The position numbers were made by a program, and so were the translations under genes. Shown piece after piece: positions 1 through 8,968 of a stretch of DNA of 64,000 bases; the stretch's first letter is position 1; every line of letters begins with the position of its first letter. Source of the DNA: Selaginella moellendorffii. Lineage: Eukaryota > Plantae > Lycopodiophyta. The notes under the pieces are model-generated. The model had not been told where the DNA came from. It worked only from the letters and a program-made list of their open reading frames with translations, and searched no databases. Where the stretch lies: the NCBI RefSeq assembly GCF_000143415.4, contig NW_003314403.1, positions 4,316 to 68,315 on the forward strand, in the 5' to 3' direction.

Positions 1-494
1 ACCCTAAACCCTAAACCCTAAACCCTAAACCCTAAACCCTAAACCCTAAACCCTAAACCCTAAACCCTAAACCCTAAACCCCTAAACCCTAAACCCTAAG
101 CCGTAACCCTTAAACCCTAAACCCTAAACCCTAAACCCTAAACCCTAAACCCTAAACCCTAAACCCTAAACCCTAAACCCTAAACCCTAAACCCTAAACC
201 CTAAACCCTAAACCCTAAACCCTAAACCCTAAACCCTAAACCCTAAACCCTAAACCCTAAACCCTAAACCCTAAACCCTAAACCCTAAACCCTAAACCCT
301 AAACCCTAAACCCTAAACCCTAAACCCTAAACCCTAAACCCTAAACCCTAAACCCTAAACCCTAAACCCTAAACCCTAAACCCTAAACCCTAAACCCTAA
401 ACCCTAAACCCTAAACCCTAAACCCTAAACCCTAAACCCTAAACCCTAAACCCTAAACCCTAAACCCTAAACCCTAAACCCTAAACCCTAAACC
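1..494 (+). repeat. Terminal telomere tract (CCCTAAA)n, plant TTTAGGG type
   Basis: Near-perfect CCCTAAA array from base 1, with a few variants around 78-113. Confidence 0.99.
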
Positions 495-501
495 GGCAGG
501 C

Positions 502-1668
502 TTGCATGCTGTATTTCTTCCGAAAATACACAAGCAGCCAATAAAGGGCCGGCCAATTGCGAGCTATATCGGCACTTTGTGGGAGCCCCTCGCGCGGTGG
601 CTTCACCGCCAGCTCTACGACATCCTGCTGAAGCAGCCAACGTTTCTTGCTGATTCGCTCACGCTGCTGCAGGACCTCCTCCACCTACAGCCCCCACGGG
701 ACTGCTGGCTCTTCACGTTCGACGTAGAGAGCCTCTACCCAAGCATCCCCACACGAGAGGGTCTCAAACGCCTCCGCACCTTTGTGTTTGCCGAGTACGG
801 CAACACCACACGCTCGCGATTCCTCATGGCTGCGGCTGCCCTCGTCCTGGAGCACAACTACGTGGAGTTTGACGGTAACATCTACCAGCAGATCCGCGGC
901 ACAGCGATGGGCTCCAACTTCGCGGTGGTCTACGCTTGCCTCTTCCTCTGCTCCCTTGAAGCCGAGTACAAGCACGCCACCAACGACTGGCCCTTCTATC
1001 TACGAAGGTACATAGATGACGGAGTGGGCATTTGGACAGGTACACGAGCAGGCCTCGAACGATGGCTCCGAGGATACGGCACGCTGTGTCCTTCGATCAA
1101 GATCACCTCGGTGATCTCGCTCGAAGAGCTGGATATCCTCGATATCCACTTCTTCAAAGGCCCTCGCTTTGAAGAGACAGGCTGCCTCGACTCGTCCACG
1201 TTCCAGAAGCCCCTCAATGCCTACCAGTACCTCCCCTGGACGTCGGTTCACCCACGGCACCAGAAGGTGGCATTCATCCGCAGCGAGCTCCGCAGATACC
1301 TCCTCCGCGAGAGCACAGCCGATGGATTCCACGCCATGCGCACGCGGTTCTACCACCGCCTCCGTGCCCGGGGATACCCGACCTCCTTCCTCCATCACTG
1401 CTTCTCCGGCATCTCCTACGACCAGCGACATCAAGCTCTCCTTGCACGCTCGCGCCGCTCTAGCGACGCCTGTCGACGGGCCCCCCTCGCCTTCAAGCTG
1501 CCTTACACACTCCACAGTGCACAGCTAGGCTTGGGGGACATCCTAAACCCTAAACAGGTGATGGATGAAGCTCCCGCAGACACACTCCCCCGAGTGATTA
1601 CGTGCTGGAGACGCTCCCCGAACCTTGGTTCGTTCCTGGTCAGGGCCAAGCTCCCTCCGCGAGCTTAG
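502..1668 (+). pseudogene. Truncated PLE reverse transcriptase (core + thumb, no GIY-YIG)
   Basis: LPKIHK..GRPI, FDVESLYPSIP, QIRGTAMGS, RYIDD, YLPWTSVHP motifs; N-terminus replaced by telomere; 1-nt shorter T run near 513 than copy 2. Confidence 0.93.
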
Positions 1669-2504
1669 CCACGTCTTGTACCACACTTTGCAAGACACGG
1701 AAGCATATGTTTGCATCTTTCTCCGCGTACCCGATGACTCCCAGGGTCTGGCCGATGGACTTCAGGTATGTCCAAAGTCACTCCAGGCCACCCCCCTTTC
1801 GAGTCAACGCCCGGTCAACGCGGAGTCAACGGTCAGAACGGAATATTCCCCAATATTCCGACTGTATCCCTGTTGACCGAGTCAAAACGGCATATACCGT
1901 TGGATTCCGCTCTTCCTTCCGATCGTGAATATGTGAGTTTCAACTCTGAACTCCACACACGATTCGTTGAAAAGCGTGTATTCCGTTAAAACGGTACCGC
2001 TCCTTCGACATCGGCGATGCACGCCGACAGCTCGCGGGATGGCTCTCCCCTGCACCACCGCTGGACTTCGGGTATGTATGAGTGACCTCAGGCCCTCCAC
2101 CATCCCAGTCCACACACGGTCAACGCGGGGTCAACGGTCAACGACGGAATATTCTCAGAATATTCCCTGCAAAGTGGACCACGTTTTTCGTCGCCGGGTA
2201 CGTACGAGTGACACAAGCATTGTGGACGTAACGCATGCATCATATCATGCTGCGTTTACAAGTTATCTTGCGTCAAAGGTACGTCACCCGCCGGCCGAAC
2301 GCTTACTGTCTTCGGCGATCCGCCGAAGTCATTCTCCGCGACTACCACTGCTGTGGAGTAACCAACACCAGCTGTGCTACGTTCGCAACCTCGCGAGCCA
2401 ACGCTGCCACGCCACTTCGCATGGCCGCCACACGGACTCGCGCCACGTGACAGAGCCAAAATATAAGTAGAGTCGGCACCGAGCTAGGGTTAGGGTAGAC
2501 ACTA

Positions 2505-2560
2505 GACGACTACACCCGGCTGATGAGTCCCAAAAAGGACGAAACCGGTCTCGGGTTGTC
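2505..2560 (+). ncRNA. Type I minimal hammerhead ribozyme (PLE copy 1)
   Basis: ACCCGG-CTGATGA-GTCC caaaaa GGAC-GAAA-CCGG-TC^TCGGGT; stem I 2514-2519/2551-2556; palindromic stem III ACCGGT; predicted cleavage after 2550. Confidence 0.92.
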
Positions 2561-2720
2561 TCTTGTCCTCTCCCTCGCTCACGAATGAATGAAAATTCAT
2601 TCCCTCGCATCCTCTACTTGCTCTCGATCACGCCGTTTCGACAACGGCACACGGAGAATGTGGATTGCACAAAGTGGTGCCGCGATCTCGCTGGATTGCA
2701 GCACTGCGGGGTGTCTTTGA

Positions 2721-2994
2721 CCCTAAACGCCTAAACGCGCCTAAACCCTAAACCCTAAACCCTAAACCCTAAACCCTAAACCCTAAACCCTAAACCCTAA
2801 ACCCTAAACCCTAAAACCCTAAACCCTAAACCCTAAACCCTAAACCCTAAACCCTAAACCCTAAACCTAAACCCTAAACCCTAAACCCTAAACCCTAAAC
2901 CTAAACCCTAAACCCTAAACCTAAACCCTAAACCTAAACCTAAACCCTAAACCTAAACCCTAAACCCTAAACCCTAAACCCTAAACCCTAAACC
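2721..2994 (+). repeat. Internal telomere tract between PLE copies
   Basis: CCCTAAA array starting with variants CGCCTAAA/CGCGCCTAAA, with several 6-nt CCTAAA units. Confidence 0.98.
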
Positions 2995-3927
2995 GTCTCC
3001 TCGGGTCTCAGGGATCTCTTTCGCAGCCGACTCGAGGATCTCGTCACCTCCACACTCAGTTACTGCAGCGCCACAGAGCATGATGCTGTCTACCACCACC
3101 TGCTCGCCCTCAAGCAACGATGTACCCTCGAGTTCCACACCGAGACATCGTTCTTTATGGCCGGCAAGGGAATCGAGCACCGAACGCAGGCGACGGCGAC
3201 GCGGCGACTGGAGGAGGCCATCGACGCGGCAAACGCCTCTGCGGATGCCCTCCCTAAGGAGCAGACCATCGCAGAGCTGGTGGACGCCGTTGTTACGAAG
3301 GCCTTCCAAAGCCAGCGACATGCTACGCCGTCAAACGCAGGAAAAAAGAAGAGAAAGCGAGAAAAGAAGAACAAAGCGCGAGCACAACGGGACGGCACAC
3401 CGGGTAAGCATGCGCAGGATTCGAGCAAGAGGCACCGCGTATCCTTCGCCGCCAACGCCGACGAAGCCGGATCCCGGTCGTCAACACCCGCCCGCGATGA
3501 CCAGGGAAACGGACAGTGGCGGAACGGGGCTACTGGGACTCCTCCCACCCGTTCCGCTGCATTGGCTTCTTCTTCGAGGGGGACTCCGCGCCGGATATCT
3601 CCAGCCCGGCATGGTTCCCACGAAAAGAACGCTGGACGCGATGGCCCTCGCCGTTCCGGCCGCAGCAGCTCCCCGCAGCGGCGCCCACGCTCCACGACAC
3701 CGGCACCGGTCACCTCAGGTCCCCAGCGACCGCGAGGGCGCTCACCGACCAGAGGCAGCAAGGGACCTCGCACACGCAGCCCTCGACCTCGCCCTGGACG
3801 GAGCCAGACCCCTGCCAGCCGCAGGAGCAGGACCCCAGCACCACGACGCCGCTCTCGCTCGCGCTCACGCTCGCCAACCGCCAAAGTCCCCGTGAGGGGA
3901 ATCCTCAAGACTACTGGTCACCACTGA
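2995..3927 (+). CDS. PLE ORF1 (5'-truncated; helical region, NLS-like KKKRKREKK, Arg/Ser/Pro-rich tail)
   Basis: No stop from 2995 to TGA at 3925-3927; overlaps RT ORF in a different frame. Confidence 0.8.
   Translation, partial: VSSGLRDLFRSRLEDLVTSTLSYCSATEHDAVYHHLLALKQRCTLEFHTETSFFMAGKGIEHRTQATATRRLEEAIDAANASADALPKEQTIAELVDAVVTKAFQSQRHATPSNAGKKKRKREKKNKARAQRDGTPGKHAQDSSKRHRVSFAANADEAGSRSSTPARDDQGNGQWRNGATGTPPTRSAALASSSRGTPRRISPARHGSHEKNAGRDGPRRSGRSSSPQRRPRSTTPAPVTSGPQRPRGRSPTRGSKGPRTRSPRPRPGRSQTPASRRSRTPAPRRRSRSRSRSPTAKVPVRGILKTTGHH
3504..3560 (+). promoter_or_regulatory. -1 programmed ribosomal frameshift signal
   Basis: G GGA AAC (3504-3510) in ORF1 phase, just after the RT-frame stop at 3498-3500; 5-nt spacer; 13-bp stem 3516-3528/3548-3560. 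Confidence 0.85.
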
Positions 3928-5771
3928 CCAGTCCGTCTAAGGCCATCCTCGACACTGCAGGACAACGGCCAGTCTCGAAGTTCGAGAATCGAGTGGAGAC
4001 CGGAGCCGTACACAACCTCTCGAGCAGGGCTCTTTCGGCTGCCGAGATCCGCCTCCTCTCCCTCGGCCTGAGGTACATCCCAAACCCGGCACCGCTCAGA
4101 GCCCCACAGATTGTGGAAAGCTCTGACGCCCTCTGCCGAGCCGTCCGACTCCGTCACCTCTTCAAGGACGACGACTCGGCCCTGCCGGAGTTTCGAGTAC
4201 CGAACCCGAGCTTCGAGCCGCCTCCAGCACCAGCGCATGTGGAATGGCGCCTTGCACACGTGCAGGGCAGCCTGCTCCACAGGCTTGAAGGAGCACACAA
4301 GCCTCGCTCCTTCGCTCACGGTTGGAAGAAGCGTGCCCTCCACTCTCTCGCGACAGACACCTCCATCGTCATCAAGCCCGCGGATAAAAACCTTGGAGCG
4401 GTGATTCTGGATCGCGATTGGTACACGAGGGAGGCTCTGCGCCAACTGAACGACCCACTCGTTTATGTGAAGGTCCCCTCCGTGCCATCCAAGGCCCTCC
4501 AGGAACGCCTCGCCGAGCTCATCACAAAGTACCGCAGCTGCTCCTGGCTCGACAACTCCACGCAGCAGTTCCTGCTGCACCAGCCCGCCGTACCCCGGCA
4601 GGCTTGCATGCTGTATTTTCTTCCGAAAATACACAAGCAGCCAATAAAGGGCCGGCCAATTGCGAGCTATATCGGCACTTTGTGGGAGCCCCTCGCGCGG
4701 TGGCTTCACCGCCAGCTCTACGACATCCTGCTGAAGCAGCCAACGTTTCTTGCTGATTCGCTCACGCTGCTGCAGGACCTCCTCCACCTACAGCTCCCAC
4801 GGGACTGCTGGCTCTTCACGTTCGACGTAGAGAGCCTCTACCCAAGCATCCCCACACGAGAGGGTCTCCAACGCCTCCGCGACTTTGTGTTTGCCGAGTA
4901 CGGCAACACCACACGCTCGCGATTCCTCATGGCTGCGGCTGCCCTCGTCCTGGAGCACAACTACGTGGAGTTTGACGGTAACATCTACCAGCAGATCCGC
5001 GGCACAGCGATGGGCTCCAACTTCGCGGTGGTCTACGCTTGCCTCTTCCTCTGCTCTCTTGAAGCCGAGTACAAGCACGCCACCAACGACTGGCCCTTCT
5101 ATCTACGAAGGTACATAGATGACGGAGTGGGCATTTGGACAGGTACACGAGCAGGCCTCGAACGATGGCTCCGAGGATACGGCACGCTGTGTCCTTCGAT
5201 CAAGATCACCTCGGTGATCTCGCTCGAAGAGCTGGATATCCTCGATATCCACTTCTTCAAAGGCCCTCGCTTTGAAGAGACAGGCTGCCTCGACTCGTCC
5301 ACGTTCCAGAAGCCCCTCAATGCCTACCAGTACCTCCCCTGGACGTCGGTTCACCCACGGCACCAGAAGGTGGCATTCATCCGCAGCGAGCTCCGCAGAT
5401 ACCTCCTCCGCGAGAGCACAGCCGATGGATTCCACGCCATGCGCACGCGGTTCTACCACCGCCTCCGTGCCCGGGGATACCCGACCTCCTTCCTCCATCA
5501 CTGCTTCTCCGGCATCTCCTACGACCAGCGACATCAAGCTCTCCTTGCACGCTCGCGCCGCTCTAGCGACGCCTGTCGACGGGCCCCCCTCGCCTTCAAG
5601 CTGCCTTACACACTCCACAGTGCACAGCTAGGCTTGGGGGACATCCTAAACCCTAAACAGGTGATGGATGAAGCTCCCGCAGACACACTCCCCCGAGTGA
5701 TTACGTGCTGGAGACGCTCCCCGAACCTTGGTTCGTTCCTGGTCAGGGCCAAGCTCCCTCCGCGAGCTTAG
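3504..5771 (+). CDS. PLE reverse transcriptase (ORF2), no endonuclease domain
   Basis: VHNLS..LS..E..LLSLGL, IKPADKN, LPKIHK, FDVESLY, GTAMGS, YIDD, SVHP; ends NLGSFLVRAKLP with no GIY-YIG; first in-frame ATG only at 4608. Confidence 0.95.
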   Translation, partial: GKRTVAERGYWDSSHPFRCIGFFFEGDSAPDISSPAWFPRKERWTRWPSPFRPQQLPAAAPTLHDTGTGHLRSPATARALTDQRQQGTSHTQPSTSPWTEPDPCQPQEQDPSTTTPLSLALTLANRQSPREGNPQDYWSPLTSPSKAILDTAGQRPVSKFENRVETGAVHNLSSRALSAAEIRLLSLGLRYIPNPAPLRAPQIVESSDALCRAVRLRHLFKDDDSALPEFRVPNPSFEPPPAPAHVEWRLAHVQGSLLHRLEGAHKPRSFAHGWKKRALHSLATDTSIVIKPADKNLGAVILDRDWYTREALRQLNDPLVYVKVPSVPSKALQERLAELITKYRSCSWLDNSTQQFLLHQPAVPRQACMLYFLPKIHKQPIKGRPIASYIGTLWEPLARWLHRQLYDILLKQPTFLADSLTLLQDLLHLQLPRDCWLFTFDVESLYPSIPTREGLQRLRDFVFAEYGNTTRSRFLMAAAALVLEHNYVEFDGNIYQQIRGTAMGSNFAVVYACLFLCSLEAEYKHATNDWPFYLRRYIDDGVGIWTGTRAGLERWLRGYGTLCPSIKITSVISLEELDILDIHFFKGPRFEETGCLDSSTFQKPLNAYQYLPWTSVHPRHQKVAFIRSELRRYLLRESTADGFHAMRTRFYHRLRARGYPTSFLHHCFSGISYDQRHQALLARSRRSSDACRRAPLAFKLPYTLHSAQLGLGDILNPKQVMDEAPADTLPRVITCWRRSPNLGSFLVRAKLPPRA

Positions 5772-6607
5772 CCACGTCTTGTACCACACTTTGCAAGACA
5801 CGGAAGCATATGTTTGCATCTTTCTCCGCGTACCCGATGACTCCCAGGGTCTGGCCGATGGACTTCAGGTATGTCCAAAGTCACTCCAGGCCACCCCCCT
5901 TTCGAGTCAACGCCCGGTCAACGCGGAGTCAACGGTCAGAACGGAATATTCCCCAATATTCCGACTGTATCCCTGTTGACCGAGTCAAAACGGCATATAC
6001 CGTTGGATTCCGCTCTTCCTTCCGATCGTGAATATGTGAGTTTCAACTCTGAACTCCACACACGATTCGTTGAAAAGCGTGTATTCCGTTAAAACGGTAC
6101 CGCTCCTTCGACATCGGCGATGCACGCCGACAGCTCGCGGGATGGCTCTCCCCTGCACCACCGCTGGACTTCGGGTATGTATGAGTGACCTCAGGCCCTC
6201 CACCATCCCAGTCCACACACGGTCAACGCGGGGTCAACGGTCAACGACGGAATATTCTCAGAATATTCCCTGCAAAGTGGACCACGTTTTTCGTCGCCGG
6301 GTACGTACGAGTGACACAAGCATTGTGGACGTAACGCATGCATCATATCATGCTGCGTTTACAAGTTATCTTGCGTCAAAGGTACGTCACCCGCCGGCCG
6401 AACGCTTACTGTCTTCGGCGATCCGCCGAAGTCATTCTCCGCGACTACCACTGCTGTGGAGTAACCAACACCAGCTGTGCTACGTTCGCAACCTCGCGAG
6501 CCAACGCTGCCACGCCACTTCGCATGGCCGCCACACGGACTCGCGCCACGTGACAGAGCCAAAATATAAGTAGAGTCGGCACCGAGCTAGGGTTAGGGTA
6601 GACACTA

Positions 6608-6663
6608 GACGACTACACCCGGCTGATGAGTCCCAAAAAGGACGAAACCGGTCTCGGGTTGTC
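6608..6663 (+). ncRNA. Type I minimal hammerhead ribozyme (PLE copy 2)
   Basis: Identical to 2505-2560; CTGATGA at 6623-6629; predicted cleavage after 6653. Confidence 0.92.
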
Positions 6664-6823
6664 TCTTGTCCTCTCCCTCGCTCACGAATGAATGAAAATT
6701 CATTCCCTCGCATCCTCTACTTGCTCTCGATCACGCCGTTTCGACAACGGCACACGGAGAATGTGGATTGCACAAAGTGGTGCCGCGATCTCGCCGGATT
6801 GCAGCACTGCGGGGTGTCTTTGA

Positions 6824-7156
6824 CCCTAAACCCTAAACCCCAATGCCTAAACCCTAAACCCTAAACCCTAAACCCTAAACCCTAAACCCTAAAACCCTAA
6901 ACCCTAAACCCTAAACCCTAAACCCTAAACGCCTAAACGCGCCTAAATCCTAAACCCTAAACCCTAAACCCTAAACCCTAAACCCTAAAACCCTAAACCC
7001 TAAACCCTAAACCCTAAACCCTAAAACCCTAAACCCTAAACCCTAAAACCCTAAACCCTAAACCCTAAACCCTAAACCCTAAAACCCTAAACCCTAAACC
7101 CTAAACCCTAAACCCTAAAACCCTAAACCCTAAACCCTAAACCCTAAACCCTAAAC
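6824..7156 (+). repeat. Proximal telomere tract
   Basis: CCCTAAA array with recurrent CCCTAAAA units and variant block at 6923-6947. Confidence 0.98.
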
Positions 7157-7498
7157 TTGGAGCGCTACCCCGTCCAGCCTCGAGTGCCTCAACACGCCCA
7201 CGCATGGTATCCATCAAGCCATGCATCTCGTCTTGCATCTCTTGCTGATTTCGGTTAAAGGCTCGCAGTTCATGAACCACATCTTGAATGGTCCAAATCC
7301 CCGCAGCTTCGTCGGCACCATCGTCGGCACCACCATCGACATTAGGATTCCAGCGTTCAGCTTGGTCGGCCATTGCAACCAACTCCTCTGATACCAATGT
7401 TATCATCCGGCGCAAAAAGACAGAGATCTAGTTGTCCTAGACTATGCTACGCCACCTCTTGAGGTTCCTCACCACCCAACCACCCCCGAGCTACCTCA
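7157..7498 (-). mobile_element. LTR-retrotransposon 5' fragment (LTR end, tRNA-iMet PBS, start of gag) broken at the telomere
   Basis: Minus strand ...TAACA-T-TGGTATCAGAG (7396-7386), then ATG at 7373 opening MADQAERWNP..., cut by telomere repeats at 7156. Confidence 0.75.
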
Positions 7499-8646
7499 TG
7501 TAAGGAACCGACTCCCCGAGATGTCGTAGGCTAAAGGATCCCCAAAAGCTTGACCGAAATGACAAAGAGTTTATCGGATGGGACCAAGTCGAGGATCGAG
7601 TCCAAGACCGACTCTAGGACCGAGTTCGAGATAGAGTCCGGAATCGAGTCCGAGACCGACTCGGGGACCGAGTTCGAGTCCGAGTTCGAGACCGAGTTCG
7701 AGACGGAGTCCGAGATCCAAAATCGGGTCCGAGACCGAGTCCGAGGTCGAGTCCGAGGTCGGGTCCGAGATCGGGTCCGAGATCGAGTCCGTGATCGAGT
7801 ACGAACCCGAATCCGAAGTCGGATCCGAAATCGGGTCCGAGATCGAGCCAGAGACTAAGTCCAAATACTAATACGGGTCAAGGGGTGAAAGCCCAAAGCG
7901 TGTGTCTCCCAGGGGGGGGGGGGCTGCAGGGGGTTCCAAAAGTATAGTAGGGATAGTGAGGTCCAGGAACCAATTTTGAAGGGACTCTCCAGTTGGGCTT
8001 CCAAACCGACTTGAGGTTGGGACTGGGACCGAAGGGCCTTGGGTGGGAGTGAGCATGGACTTGGCTGGTGCCGGAGGGGCCATCCAAGGAAGTGCTCAAG
8101 AGCAGCTCCCACTCCCGAAAGGGAAACCGATTGCGGTACTCCCGGCTCATGTGGAGTGGTGCCCCACTTGAGTACCATGCGGCTCATTGGTCCTCGCCCT
8201 TCCTAGGGGCTTGGGCCTTCCTTCGGGATGGAAGTGGGGGGCGAGAGGTACCCATACCGGGCCGCTAGGCCACGGTGTTTCGCCCCGGCGTCCCGAAGCA
8301 AGTGTTGCACTCAAGACTTGGGATTTAGAGGGTCCCATGATCAAGTCTTGTGGTACCAAGGGATGTTAGGAACCTGGAAGCTTGGTGTGCTTGGCTGCTT
8401 GTGCTTGCGGGGAGTGTAGCCGAACCTTAAGTCTAGTCTAACCCGGGAGGGGGATTGAGAGTGATTTGGGAATCCGTGGAAGGATGGCTAACACTCCGTT
8501 GCTCGTGCAGTGAGTAGCTGAAACCAAGTAGAAGCTGGTACCGTAGGCAAGAACCTTGGCGAGGGAACTTAGCAAAAGCCAAGGCAGTGTTGGACGGATA
8601 GACGAGGTAAGCTGGCAAATTGGAAAGGAAAATTTTGTGGCTTACA
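7499..8646 (+). mobile_element. Solo LTR with internal GAGTCC-type 6/12-bp repeats
   Basis: TGTAAG...CTTACA termini; 5-bp TSD CCTCA (7494-7498, 8647-8651); repeats at ~7590-7860. Confidence 0.9.
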
Positions 8647-8968
8647 CCTCAAAAGCTCCACCGCGCCACCCTGCGTGAAGAAAGATGTTCTTTCTGGGCA
8701 AATGCTGTGAGAGGCAGATGCCGAGCAGATGTATCGCAGGCTAGCGAAGGGACAAACGAAAGCTAGCTATAAACATGACGGGATGCAAATAGATTACTAA
8801 GTTGGTCCTACGAAAATCAAAAACCATAATTGAAAACATTGAAAATGCAAAAAGAAAGGTTTATAATATTTTTGAATTTTAAGCAACCAAATGAATGTAA
8901 GTAGGGCATGTGTTTGTAAGTTTAAAAATGCCTCAACCACTTAAATTCCCAAGTAAATAAAGCTGTTT

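Larger units (their letters stand above)
493..2720 (+). mobile_element. 5'-truncated endonuclease-less Penelope-like retroelement, copy 1 (distal)
   Basis: Matches 4595-6823 with only a handful of differences; PLE RT motifs; flanked on both sides by telomere repeats. Confidence 0.95.
2993..6823 (+). mobile_element. Endonuclease-less Penelope-like retroelement, copy 2 (ORF1 + RT + ~1 kb 3' region), also 5'-truncated
   Basis: ORF1 frame is open right from the telomere junction; complete RT; oriented 5' end toward the chromosome tip. Confidence 0.95.

Noticed and set aside
1602-2610. ORFs in the PLE 3' region and antisense to RT/ORF1
   Set aside because: No recognisable motifs; expected in GC-rich sequence; identity between copies only reflects recent duplication
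3516-5771. RT as telomerase (TERT), retron or group II intron
   Set aside because: No TEN/TRBD, intronless, PLE-type DK(N/G) and thumb motifs, hammerhead and ORF1 present
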